This document shows, one piece after another, positions 51,401 to 63,723 of a stretch of DNA of 64,000 nt. The translations under genes and the position numbers were made by a program. Numbering within the stretch: position 1 is the first letter of the stretch; the number at the start of each line of letters is the position of its first letter. The stretch is from positions 683,753 through 747,752 of the forward strand of contig BFEA01000031.1 of the NCBI GenBank assembly GCA_003427395.1, in the 5' to 3' direction. This DNA is from Chara braunii (taxonomy: Eukaryota > Plantae > Charophyceae). The notes beneath the pieces are model-generated. The model saw nothing but the letters and a program-made list of their open reading frames with translations, did no database searches and had not been told where the DNA came from.

Positions 51401-53215
51401 TTTTTGATGCGGTTATATTCATGGACCTGCGTTTTTTAATGCTAGAACGACGCTGGCCGGTGCTGGGGGGTTGCCCTGTAAGGCTGTAACCTGTTGATAG
51501 CAGGAGCGTGAGGCGTGGTAGAGCGATCTGGGGATGCCTTGGGTCGGGCATTCCAAGGGAAAACCAAGGGTTGTTGTCGGGACGACGCTGGCCGGAGCTG
51601 GGGCGAGTCGTGTTGCCCTGTAACCTAGCAGGGTGGGGGCATGAGGCCTGGGAGAGCTCGACAGGGAATTAGACAGTGTTAGATAATTTTAGAGTGTTTT
51701 GTTGGGGAGTCCAGGGGTTCTGAGCATTCGAAGGACTTTTGTGGTAACTGCTGCTTGAGTAGCCTAGCAATAGGTCAACAGTTAGCCACGGTTTTCCAAA
51801 ATCTTCCTGAACCTTTTTCATAGTTTCAGATTGTTCTTAGCCGAAGCCAGGTAATGGCCCTGGTACTTCAAATAATTTGTATATCCTACATGGGATGCTG
51901 GGCCCGGTTCCCAATACGTGCTGCTCCCCACGAATAAATTGGAACATTTGTCCCCCCCAAAAAAGAAAAAAGAAAAAAAAAGAGCCTTCTCACTGACTGG
52001 CTATACGACGGACTTGTACCATAGGGTGGCTAGAACCACGTTGTTAATTACAAGAGATCTCCCAAAAAGGGACATATGTTTATGGTCCCATTGGGCAAAT
52101 TTGGCGAGGGCTGGGGCCGTAATCCACTCATCATCATCGCATGCGCGGTTGTGCGTCGTCATTTTTACCCCCAACACCCGAACTGGCGCATCCTAGGGAA
52201 TCCATGTAATACGTGGTCCCTCCGGGGGACGCCCCCCCTCGTGATGGATCCACCATCCCAGCGTCTTTTGCCCCCAGTTGATGGTCATATATGAGAGGGC
52301 GCAAAACCTGTTCATCAACCTCTGGATTTCCTCCATATTCTCAGGTGTTGCATCCATCATTGTTTTTAGGTCATCCGCGAAACGCGAACACACCGGAACA
52401 GCTTCCTCCGGGATTCCGGATAGATGAATCCTAGTCAGGTTCTTGCTGTTCCGCAAGTTAGCTGACATGGCATATATTATCAACACAAATAGGAAGGGGG
52501 CTATTGGGTCGCCTTGCTTGACTGATCCTTGCAGTCTAATCTTCGGGGCTAAAGACCCGTTTATCTGAACTTTGATGGTAGCATTCAGGTGCATGATCCT
52601 AATCCATCTTCGAAACGTCAGTCCAAAGTTTAGCTTTTTGAGGCATTCCTCTAAAAAGGTCCAGTCTACACGGTTGTAAGACTTCTCAAAGTCAATGAAG
52701 ACCAGTGCTGCATTACTCTTAGATCTGTGTGCCAAATCAACCACATCATGGATCAAAAGTATATTTTATTGAATATTCCTATTGCAGATGAACCATGTCT
52801 GTGACGGATGCACCAAATCTTCCACCACCTCAATTATACTGTTGGCGAGCGCCTTTGACAACATCTTGTAGACCACTGTCAAGAGAGTGATCGGGCGAAA
52901 TTTAGGTATGTTCATTTTATCTCTTTTTTTGTGAAGCAAGGAGAGCAGTGAGCACCCCCTGTCCCAACATTTCCCCCATTTCTCCTGTGTGTCAGACTAC
53001 GACATAGATTTGCATCAGGTCATCAGAAAGACACGGCCACATAGTTTCCCAAAACTCTTTTGGGAAAACCATCAATGCCTGGGTTTTTTCCCTCTTCCAT
53101 CTGCATCAGCGCGGTCCAGATCTCCTCCTTGCTTATCGGGCGCTCAATCCGTTCCATCTGCACCGCCGAGAGGCCTCCCTCCATATGGGCCAGGAACCCC
53201 TCCTCCTATGCAGGG
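48480..53215 (-). mobile_element. Decayed 5'-truncated L1/Tx1-like LINE with a 3' UTR hairpin-motif cluster
   Basis: ISKEEIW..PGIDGFP, DFEKSYNRVDW, QGDPIAPFLF, FADD, WQIVHCCLPT, C-terminal VPLRPAEDFADPF. Interrupted at ~51124-51980. Confidence 0.9.
51124..51980 (+). mobile_element. Retroposed insertion inside the LINE, ending in the double-hairpin motif and an A-rich tail
   Basis: The host reading (..EKAL|KTLKRKVASYLW) is split here. The insert ends gggatgctgggcccggttcccaatac..gctccccacgaataaattggaac..aaaaaagaaaaaag. No clear TSD. Confidence 0.65.
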
Positions 53216-53959
53216 GTGGCTATCATAATGCGTATAGTTCGACTTTTGTACATTGTGCCATGACTGCAGTGATTAAGGCCCCGGGTCGGATCTGTGCGTG
53301 CATGGAGGACGTCCAAGGCTGGAAATAGTACCGACATTATCGGCGACATAGTTAGGCCACTACTTTCACAACTGAATCCGTTAGTCATTCCAGTCAAATA
53401 CATCTACAACAGCCTTTGTGTTCACATGCCACCAGAAGTTTGGCCACAACATGACCATAGCCATATTTGGAATACGACAAAACCTGCTGCTCAAAGCTTG
53501 GCAGGGGGTTTGTTTTGCACCATGGGGGATATCTTTCTGCGAGTAAAAACCTCACCCATTCACAAAATCTGCCTGAGATGAAGTCCAAATTTTCTGGGAA
53601 CATCGTCATGAAATCCCACCGGGGACGGCGCAAGACAGCAGCAGTCTCACTGGATATCGTCGAAACCCTGAACCTAGCCCAGTCATCATGCACGAGGGCG
53701 TGCCCCACATGACCACGTGCAACGGGAGGGCTACCTTCCCTCTTTTGGAACTAGGAACATTGCCCTCAAAATTTTTGACCATAACAGAACGAATACTCCA
53801 AAAGCACCCCTTATGGGTAAGCCCTTCTTGGTTGGCACTAGCAAAACAGTAATGCCAGTCCCTCCCTCCGAATTCACTATAGTTCTTTCTCTTGCCCATT
53901 GTTGCAACATATCAATTTTGGACAACTGGGCAAGGACAAGTCCGTTGAACCCTTGTGAG

Positions 53960-54025
<66 letters not shown>

Positions 54026-54028
<3 letters not shown>

Positions 54029-55283
54029 TTTAGCAAAGTTTGCTAAAATTTCCGGTGGTCCCTGGGGAGATAATCTCTCCACGGTGTACCCCAGAATCAT
54101 GAGGTTTAGGACTTTTTGTTGAAAGAATTATTATCGTTTTTTGGAATTTTGGAATTTTGAAAATTGCAAAAGTAAAGATCGGGAATCGTCACTGATTTTT
54201 GGAAGTCTGTCAGTGAGTTTCCTTTGGGTAATCGTCAGAACGAAACTTAGAATGTACAGTAATGGAAGGGCCGTGTGGGTGTACAGTGCACACTAATGAA
54301 ATGAAAAAAGTCTTTTTGGAGATCTTGGTTCGCCACGGTTTGGGCTGTGTGGGTGTACACTAATGAAATGAAAATTTTTGGAGATCTCAGTTCGCCACGG
54401 TTTGGGACACTTCGAAGTTTCCAGAGACTAAGGTTAGCAGCTCAGTTGAACGGGCTGGCAGTAGTTAGAGTCAACGGAGGTCGGAGACCGAAGGGGCGAG
54501 CAGGGCGTAATTTTGGGAACTGTACCTTAGCCCGAGTGATGAGGGGGGTGCGATGGAGGGGGTGTGCACTATCGAGAACTTGGAAGATGCGCCCGGGAGA
54601 GGGAGAGGAAGAGGGGAAGGGGAGTGGAAAAATTGAAGTGAAGGGCAGGAAGGATCAGCGCAAGCGATCGAACTTAGAGCTAGAAGGACAACGGGAGCAG
54701 AGACGATGCAGCAACCGAGAAGTGAACGCTTCCGTGAACCCACCTAAGGAAGGAGGACATGAAGAGGTTGGGGCGTAGGGTGAGCGGGCGGGAAGAGGAG
54801 GAAAGGGTGCAAGGTCAGTTGGAGGTGTGTAACAGGCAGATGTGATCTGATCGTTGCACATTCGCGAAAAGGCGGAGGGAAAAAAAGCGGGAAAATGTGT
54901 AACTTTATTCGGTTCAAAGATGGAACAACAAACGGGAGGTAGTAAGGGGGGAGGTCGACATCGTAGGAGAGTTAGGAAAATAGGAAGGCGTCATCTTCAG
55001 TAGGTACGAGTGACTAAGAATTCCGTAGTACTTGACTATTTAAACCACGAGGGGGACTGTGTTTTCCTCACTGTGGGACATACGTATCGTATGGATAGCC
55101 CCCTGAAGAGTTGTCGTGATGCGCCGACAATGAAACGCGTCGGGATGATGCGTATCATCAGCGTATGTAGAGAGGAGGGGGAAAGGAAGCTAACGTCATG
55201 AATGCTCGGCGGAGGGCGCTTGCTTTGTAATATGTTAAAAATACCCGAGATAGGTTTTCTTCCTCTCTATTTCCTTGAATCTC
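54026..55283 (+). repeat. 5' pseudo-LTR (includes the last ~30 codons of RT)
   Basis: Highly similar to 60898-62063, which lacks an ~80-bp segment present here. Confidence 0.93.
55098..55146 (+). ncRNA. Type I hammerhead ribozyme (5' repeat)
   Basis: cccc-CTGAAGA-gttgtcg-tgatgcgc-cgacaat-GAAA-cgcg-TC-ggga. Confidence 0.8.
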
Positions 55284-55776
55284 CGTGAGCGCGGTAACTG
55301 ATATGTTTTAGACAGTGGATCGGTGGCTACGGATGTATGTATAGGCCGACACTTCGAGCGTGATCGTCTCGGGGAGTGGGCGATGGGATGATAAGGGCAG
55401 GGATAAGGAAGTTGGAGAGGTGGGTGTGTATGGTGGCGATCGTTCTGGGAGGTATAGCATGGATTCAAGGTTCCAACGATAAGAGGGAAGTAGGCGGGTG
55501 AAGCTTTAGATTACATATTGTAGTCACGTGTAGTTATCTGAAGAGGCGTTGAAAGGGATGTCGACCAGAAACTTTAGAGATATAGAACTCGAGAGACAGT
55601 GGATTGAGCTACAAAAGTTGATTGAATACACTCTTCCACCGGCGATATTCGTAGCCTTTCATTTTGGAGATCAAGAGACGAAGGAAGAGACGATCAATTT
55701 TTCAGAAATAGTATTGGGTATCTTATTAGGAATCAGAGATATCGGAGGAGGCGGCAAACAAGGAGAAGTAGGTAAG

Positions 55777-56694
55777 ATGGCAAATCCGCAACAGTATCAG
55801 ACGCAGGTTCCGGTGTACATGGGTGCATCAACTGCGGCCAATCCTGGGAGCCAACCGCCCGGAGGGGTGTCGTGCTATCTATGTGGGAAATACGGACACT
55901 ACCCACGAAATTGTTGGGCTGCCGGGAACGGCAGACCACCTCAGCAGAATCAGCAACAGTCACAGGTACCCGCGGGCGGGGACGAGGAGACGAATGAAGT
56001 GAAAGCGTATTTTTGAAAGAAGATTCGGAAACAAAAGTTAGAAGAGGAGAAGCAAGAAAGGGAGCGAGAAGAACGGAAGAGAAGACAGGACGAAGAGAAG
56101 AAGGAAGTCGAGAGACTCAGAGAAGCGGAAGCACGAGAAGCACGTTTAGAAGCGAGACTGGTGAGGTTGATGAGTCAACACTCGAGATCAGTGAGTAACG
56201 CCGTTACACCGAAGATAAGGAAGAAGTCACCAAAGACGAAGGCGCGAACGCTTAGAGAGATTTCTAGCTACATCGATGAATCTGGAGACGAAAGCGAAGA
56301 GGTGAAGGAAGAGGCAGGGCGGTTAGTAGACACCATTCAGAGAAGGAAAGGAAACGAAGGAGCAAAGGGGATAAGGCGTTATCCACTGCTCGTGCTAGAG
56401 CGACGAAAGCATACCCGATCGTAATTGAAGATATCCCCGAAGAAGTGGGGACCCCCCCCGGTGGGGAGGAAAGCGGAAAACGATGGCGCTCACAGTGGAG
56501 AGATGTTGGAGTTTGTATTAGAGATGCATAGGACTCTCTCGGCGAAGAAGGCTCCTGAATTACACAAAATATGCAACGAGGAGGGAATTGAGTGGACTAA
56601 GAAAGACATGGCAGTGAGCGAGATAGTTAGATGCAGAGCAAGGCTCGCGTTCGGAGAAACGAGTGAATCGGCGTATGTATCACCGATATCATGA
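55777..56694 (+). pseudogene. PLE ORF1: CCHC zinc knuckle, charged coiled-coil, SAP-like C-terminus
   Basis: CYLCGKYGHYPRNC; KQKLEEEKQERERE; LSAKKAPELHKICNEEGIEWTKKDMAVSEIVR. One frame with two internal stops (56014, 56422). Confidence 0.75.
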
Positions 56695-57155
56695 AGGTGA
56701 GAAAGATGGATCTCGTGGAGTCTCTCAAATGCCTAATGGTGAAGAGAAAAAATGGAGAGGCTCCAATTATAGGTGTGCTTGATGCACGAAGGGAGGATGA
56801 GATAGCTCGGATGTTCGTATTAATCATGATTAGAGGAGGATGTCCGTGGGCTAGGAAGTGGATTGGGATGTTGAATAAAGATGGCGAAGAGCTAAACACA
56901 AGAAGGGTCGGCGTGTACGTGTTGGTAAGCCCATGGTGCAGACATACCTACATTGGAAGCACAACGAGGAGCTTCCTGATTCGATGGTCAGAACACGTAA
57001 AGAATGTAAGTACGGGGAAGTTGGGGAACGCACCAAAATTATTGCATGCATGGTTGAGGCTGTTCGGGTGGGAGAAATACCTCATCTTACCTATCATGAT
57101 CGATGTAGTGGACCCGTGGTAGCTGAGAGGATGATAATCAAGCGGTACTCTGCAA

Positions 57156-57805
57156 CAGAGGTGGCAACTGGGTAACCGTTGCCTATACCCGACCGTACCC
57201 AGCTGTAACCGGCAGGTTATGGGCAGGTACGGGTACCCTTCCGGAGGAGGCCATCAGTATGGGGAGGCATAAATTTTATTTGTGGATTTGAGGGCAGGCA
57301 TGGTTGCTCTGCGTGGAGATCACGGGCAGGCATAAGCGGGTATTGGCAGTGAAAAGGGAAAAAACTCAGGTATGGGCGGCCAAGAAAAAGAAAAGCATGG
57401 GTACATCCGTTATAGGGTGGTGAAGAAAAAAAATCAGATGGGTATGGGCGGGTAAGCAATTCTGCTAGGTAACCGTACGTAATATCCACCTTTCCCCCCC
57501 TCCGCCCCCTTCCCCGGGCCTTCTTCCCAAGAAATATGCAGACCGGCGAAGCTGTTTTTTTCTTAGGCACATTTTTTTTCCCTGGCGAACGACGAGAAAA
57601 ATATTTCAGGAAATAGCCTCCCAACTTTGAAATTGGCCAGTTTCGAAATTGGAAGGGTCCAGCCTCGACTCAGGGAGTTCCCCCTTGGAAACTGGCCGCC
57701 CGTCATGGTTGTACCCGCCGCCCTTCTGTGTGTGCATGCCACTGCATGGCCATCGTCTGCCCCTCGTGGTTGTACCCGATGTCGTTCTATGTGTGCTTCA
57801 TGGCC

Positions 57806-57874
<69 letters not shown>

Positions 57875-58572
57875 TAAGTCTCCAACCCCGTGGCTGGCCT
57901 CACGCTACTTTCATCGATAGGATGGGCAAAATCGAATGAATCTCCCGCGGAGGGCAGTTAGAAGGGATATGGGGCGGCTAGGGGCGGTTAGGGGCGGTTG
58001 GGGACGGGTAGAGGCGATAAGGGGCGGTTAGGGGCGGATGGGGGCAGTTAAGGGTGGTTGGGGACAGTTAGGGGTGGTTGGGGACAGTTAGGGGAGGGTG
58101 GGTCACAAATGCGGATGGTTAAGGGCGGTTAGGGGTGGCTGTTAGGGATGGTTGGGGACATTTAGGGGCAGTTAGGGGCGGGTGNGGNTAGTTAGGGGNG
58201 GTTAGGGGNGGGNGGGTCACAAGTGTGGATGGTTATGGGTGGGTGCATACAATTGTGGGTGGGTACGGATGGGTAGGGGTGAAAAAAAAAATTGGTTGGG
58301 TAAGGTACAGGTGGTTAATAAAGGTTTGGGTGTAGGTGGCCATGGGTAGTTTTGAAATAGAAAGTCCATCATGATGGGCAGTTATGGACAGTTACAGTCT
58401 GAAGGGGTTCAGGTAGGGCAGGTACAGGTACACTTTTTTTTTTTTTTGAGCAGGTAAGGATAGGTAAAGGTCCGAGAGGCCATCTATACAGTGGGTATGG
58501 GTGGTTAGTTTTCAAGGAGGGTATGGGTAGGTAAGGTACAGGTATTCCAAAAAATCCCAATTGCCACCTTTG
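57156..58572. mobile_element. Non-autonomous hAT-like TIR element inside the GIY-YIG domain
   Basis: 17-bp TIRs CAGAGGTGGCAACTGGG / CCCAATTGCCACCTTTG (2 mismatches). 8-bp flanks ctctgcaa / ctctccag (6/8). Removing it restores ERMIIKRYSPALDTQG. Confidence 0.85.
57965..58245 (+). repeat. G-rich degenerate minisatellite (ggggcggtta)n
   Basis: Seen directly, inside the hAT-like element. Confidence 0.85.
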
Positions 58573-60897
58573 CTCTCCAGCCTTGGATACGCAAGGTTGG
58601 GGTGAGTGGGGGAGGATGGGGAGGAGAAGGAAAGGAAGCAGGGAGAGAGGGAATAGACACTCGTACGAGAGACAAGGAAGGGTCATTACATTTAATGGAA
58701 GTACGTCACTGATTGAGCTCATTAAGAGGATGGATAGACGAGCGAGAATCGTATCCAGTGGAGGTGAAGTATGTGCAGAGAAGTGGAGGGTGATAAAGGG
58801 GAAAGTCGGGGAAATCGTGGTTGAGATGCGTGGAAGAGAAGTTCCGATCAAAGAATGTAAGAGAGAGATGGAGAAGGGTGGAACATTCACCGTGGTACGG
58901 ATCAAGGTAACCTCATCAACCATTGAGCACAGAAGGTATGTACTACAGGATCTTTTGCGTCAACCATGGAAGATAAGGTATTTATATCGAAGAAGCGCGG
59001 TATTTATATCGAAGAAGCGCAACTGAGCTCCTTGCCCTGTATAGGACAGCAAGCACGTTCGGTAAGAAGGCTACTAGGAACCTGCTGAAGAACAGATTGA
59101 CAAGGGTGATCAAGACGGTTTTCGGTACAGAGATTAGAAGGTTACTGTATGTAAGGGTACCTTTCTCTACCGGGATCAATCCTCGGGAAGTTAGAGAACT
59201 GACAGCCAGAGTAATAGAGCAGGGGATTACCGAGCCGATTTTTCGGAGGTACGTGGCAGCAAGAGCACGGATAGTATTTAAGAAGAGGTATACCGTGGGA
59301 CAGATGATACACAACCAGCGGTTGTGTGCAAGGACGAAGGAGGTGTGGTGAACGTGCGAAGGGACGGACCTTCCGCGAACGCAGGGACATGTGAAGGTGA
59401 GAATAGATGACATACCTGGCGTACCGGTGCTTAAGAAGAATTCAAGGAATGTCACATGTGGGGAGGAAGTCTCGGCAGGGGAGTTACAGAGGAACTTGAT
59501 GATAACAGGTAAACCATGGAGTAAGGGTAAAATGGTAAGGATTGAAGATAGTGACCTGAGTAGGTGTTTCAAGGTCCAGCATGCCCGGGCAGATCGGGCA
59601 ATGACAAGTAGGAGGGTGAGAGCCTGGGGATTGAGCACATTGTGGCAGTGCCCATTCAACGACATCCCGGAGCAACTCTGATCATTTGTCCAGTGTTGTA
59701 TCTGCATGCGTGTGAGCTTACTTTTAATCGGGCTCCGAGTTTTCAAAGAATACGAAAAACAGAGGCGTTGGTGATTGAGGGAATGAAGAAGGAGTATGAG
59801 CAAGGTGGGTTGAAGAAAATTGCCGCATGGGGAAAGGGAGGACGAATTGGACAGGCGTACGTATTACCAAAGGATAAGGACTTGGAGAGATGGCGACCGA
59901 TATCCCTAGCCACGAAAGACCCGGTGAGTCTTGCGGGATCGAGGGTAGGGCGAGCAATAAGGTTCATGTTGTTTGCGATTGGGGAAAGGCGGCACTTCGA
60001 TCTACGATGTACAGACGACCTGCGAAGACAATCGTGAAGTATACAGGGAGAGCTGAGGAAGATGGGAGATTGGGCGATAGCACGGAGCTATGATATTAAG
60101 GATACGTTCGCAAGGCTGTCACATGAAAGCGTCATGAACGCTGTGAGGTGGGTGGTTGAGTTCCACCGCCGTAGAAGTCTGGTGGGGGTAAGGGTGAGTT
60201 TGAGGGGAAGGATGTGCATGATGGCGAGGAATAGGAGGAAGAGCGAAGGGTTCATACTGTTGGATTTCACAGTAATCATGAATGCGGTTAGATTCGAGTT
60301 GGAGAATACGTATGTAAAATGTGCAGGTGAAATTCTGAAGCAGGAATTTGGAATTCCGATGGGGAGGAATTTCAGTCCGGCGATTGCGTGCCTTGTATGC
60401 GCAAGGGCGGAAGCAGTGTTCCTCGAATCTTTGGGGGTAGATCGGGTGCTGGTGAGGGGGATGAGGATGATTGATGATGTTGAGGTATTCGTATCGTGCG
60501 AGTTGCATGCTGCCAAGCCGGTACTCGTTGCCGAATGCATCCTAGATCTATTTGAAGAATGTTACGATCACAATTTGAACCTGGTTCGGAAGGACGGTGG
60601 AAGTAATGTCTTTGAATTTCTCGGGACGCGCATGATGGTTGAGCCTTCACCAGTTACATTTCGCATCTTTCCCAGAACAAGGAATCAGGAACATCTGATG
60701 ACCTCTGGTGTAATCAGGGTCCATTCAATGCAAGACTTCGATTCATACTCGAAGAAGTCAGAAAAAAAAGCAACGCTTTTTGCAAGTATGGTCCAGGTAC
60801 ATAGGATTTCAACATCTGATGAAGCTACGACTGCAGCCTTATCGGCGATTATGATGGAATCACGCCTCCGAGGGTATCCCCCGGAGGTCTCTCTTGC

Positions 60898-62057
60898 TGC
60901 TTTAGCAAAGTTTGCTAAAATTTCCGGTGGTCCCTGGGGAGATAATCTCTCCACGGTGTACCCCAAAATCATGAGGTTTAGGACATTTTGTTGAAAGAAT
61001 TATTATCGTATTTTGGAATTTTGGAATTTTGAAAATTGCAAAAGTAAAGATCGGGAATCGTCACTGATTTTTGAAAGTCTGTCAGTGAGTTTCCTTTGGG
61101 TAATCGTCAGAACGAAACTTAGTATGTACAGTAATGGAAGGGCCTTGTGGGTGTACACTAATGAAATGATTTTTTTTTTTTTTTGAGATCTCGGTTCGCC
61201 ACGGTTTGGGCTGTGTGGGTGTACACTAATGAAATGAAAATTTTTGGAGATCTCGGTTCGCCACGGTTTGGGACACTTCCGAGTTTTCAGAGACCAAGGT
61301 TAGCAGTTCAGTTGAACGGGCTGGCAGTAGTTAGAGTCAACGGAGGTCGGAGACCGAAGGGGCGAGCAGGGTGTAATTTTGGGAACTGTACCTTAGCCCG
61401 AGTGATGAGGCGGGTGCGATGGAGGGGGTGGGCGCTATCGAGAACTTGGAAGATGCGCCCGGGAGAGGGAGAGGAAGAGGGGAAGGGGAGTGGAAGAATT
61501 GAGGTGAAGGGCAGGAAGGATCAGCGCAAGCGATCGAACTCAGAGCTAGAAGGACGACGGGAGCAGAGACGATGCAGCAGCCGAGAAGTGAATGCTTCCG
61601 TGAACCCACCTAAGGAAGGAGGACATGAAGATGCGATCTGATCGTTGCGCGTTCGCGAAAAAGCGGAGGGAAAAAAAGCGGGAAAATGTGTAACTTTATC
61701 CGGTTCAAAGATGGAACAACAAACGGGAGGTAGTAAGGGGGGAGGTTGACATCGTAGGAGAGTTAGGAAAATAGGAAGGCGTCATCTTCAGTAGGTACGA
61801 GTGACTAAGAATTCCGCTGTACTTGACTATTTAAACCACGATGGGGACTGTGTTTTCCTCACTGTGGGACATACTTATCGTATGGATAGCCCCCTGAAGA
61901 GTTGCCGTGATGCGCCGGCAACGAAACGCGTCGGGGTGATGCGTATATAGAGAGGAGGGAGAAAGGAAGCTAACGTCATGAATGCTCGGCGGACGGCGCT
62001 TGCTTTGTAATATGTTAAAAGTACCCGAGAGCGGTTTTCTTCCTTTCCATTTCCTTG

Positions 62058-62063
<6 letters not shown>
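60898..62063 (+). repeat. 3' pseudo-LTR
   Basis: Direct repeat of 54026-55283 that runs into (CT)n. Confidence 0.93.
61889..61937 (+). ncRNA. Type I hammerhead ribozyme (3' repeat)
   Basis: cccc-CTGAAGA-GTTGCCG-tgatgcgc-CGGCAAC-GAAA-cgcg-TC-gggg: complete core, 7-bp stem II and palindromic ACGCGT stem III. Confidence 0.9.
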
Positions 62064-62138
<75 letters not shown>

Positions 62139-63656
62139 NNNNNNNNNNNNNNNNNNNNNNNNNNNNNNNNNNNNNGTGTGTGTGTGTGTGTGTGTGTGTG
62201 ACTTCGTGTATGACACAGAGCATGTGTCTACAGACTCTACATGTGTTGTCGTAGTGTAAATGTCTATGTGTGTTAAAAAATGAATGCACAAGCAATACCA
62301 GATCTGTCTAATATCAATACCAGATCCCCCAAGAAGCCTCCAGTGATAAAAAATAGAGAGTGCAAGGATGGCAACGTTGATGTGGTCAATCACCCCAGAA
62401 GCCACAAGCAATAAATGAGCGCACACTGCCAGGTCAGCCACATTATGCGGCTGAGTGTGACCAGGTGCCCACACAACTGTCTGGCTGCAAGGCACACACT
62501 TGCATTCTGTGAATAGAGGGAGGCAGGCTAGAAGAGAAAACCAGCCTTTTCACAATAAAAAGAATCACAAGTCGATATCAATATATGAAGATCTCAAACG
62601 AACATTCAAGCAAGTACTATCCCGAAGCAGAGGCCAGACTGTCCAACCATGGTAACATGTAAGCCCCACCGTCTCCGACTGGCTGCCTGCCTGGTGACCC
62701 ATTGAAAAAAGAAACGAAACGAAAAGGAAAAAACAACGTATCTCAAAAGCTTCACAAACGTGGATGCAATTAACTCCATTCAAATCTGCACAGCAGCACA
62801 GTCAAAGCCAGGGTCATAACTTTTCGTCAAAGTCAAGATTCAGGGGTCAAGAGGTGCATCCCCAGTCTCAGAATGGTCTGTGAAAAGTCCCAGGTTCAAG
62901 GGGGGTATAAGGCCCCAAGTTAAAAGAAGTGAGTGAGCCCCTACTTGAGTCAGTCCCAACCCGGGAAAATAAGACCAATAGTCAAAGTCTTCCCAGAAGT
63001 CGAACAGGGCCATAGATCAGATGCACAATCAAAGGCTGTCTGCACGTCTTCACCGACGGGGGCCAGATACATTTGGATCAGAAGTGCATCCAGGGCCTCG
63101 AAGTCTTAAAAATCTGGGCCGTTGATGGACTCAAGAGAAGGCAGGACAACTGTCAACATGGGTCAATACGACAAAAGGACGGCCAGGCACCGGGGAGATC
63201 ATTCTGCCTTGCACTTTCCAGTGGCCAGAGTGCTGCTTGGCTGCTGGAAGGAAATGAGGCTGGCGCCAGACAACGGCAGTGAGCGCCAGTCAGGGAGGAG
63301 GTGTGTCGGAGCAGGCCATGGCCAGGAAGAAGGATCTACCGGTAGCTGTTAGGAGAAGACTGCACAAGGAAAAGGGTAATTAGGACTGTGAGAGTGTGTG
63401 TTTGTGAGGAGAGAGAGCACGTAGGAAGCTTACCTGAACTTAGTGATATTGAAGCTGCTGTTGGTCATCAAGAGGCTGAGGAAGGTCAGCGCCAACCTCC
63501 ATAGCCAAAAGTGTTGCTAGAGGCTGGGCGCCATAGCTGATACAAGGACTTCATCACATGCATTGCTGACGTGGCAAGTGGGGGGGGAGTATCCCGAAGG
63601 AGAAGAGGGAAAGGGGAACCGACATACTTGTATCATTGAATACTAATAAAACTTTG

Positions 63657-63723
<67 letters not shown>

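Larger units (their letters stand above)
56691..60994 (+). pseudogene. PLE ORF2: GIY-YIG endonuclease plus reverse transcriptase
   Basis: Fragments 56691-57155 and 58573-60994, with frameshifts, stops and a 1.4-kb insertion. Confidence 0.88.
54026..62063 (+). mobile_element. Penelope-like retroelement with N-terminal GIY-YIG (Chlamys/Naiad-type arrangement), decayed
   Basis: GIY-YIG (VGVYVLVSPWCRHTYIGSTTRSFLIRWSEH) lies upstream of a PLE-type RT (YVLPKDKD..RWRPI, YDIKD, GIPMG..SPAIA, IDD, FLG). Direct terminal repeats carry hammerheads. Confidence 0.9.

Noticed and set aside
54181-54250. Minus-strand hammerhead (CTGACGA..GAAA)
   Set aside because: No proper stem II or stem I and no correctly placed NUH. 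The real motif is on the + strand at 55098.
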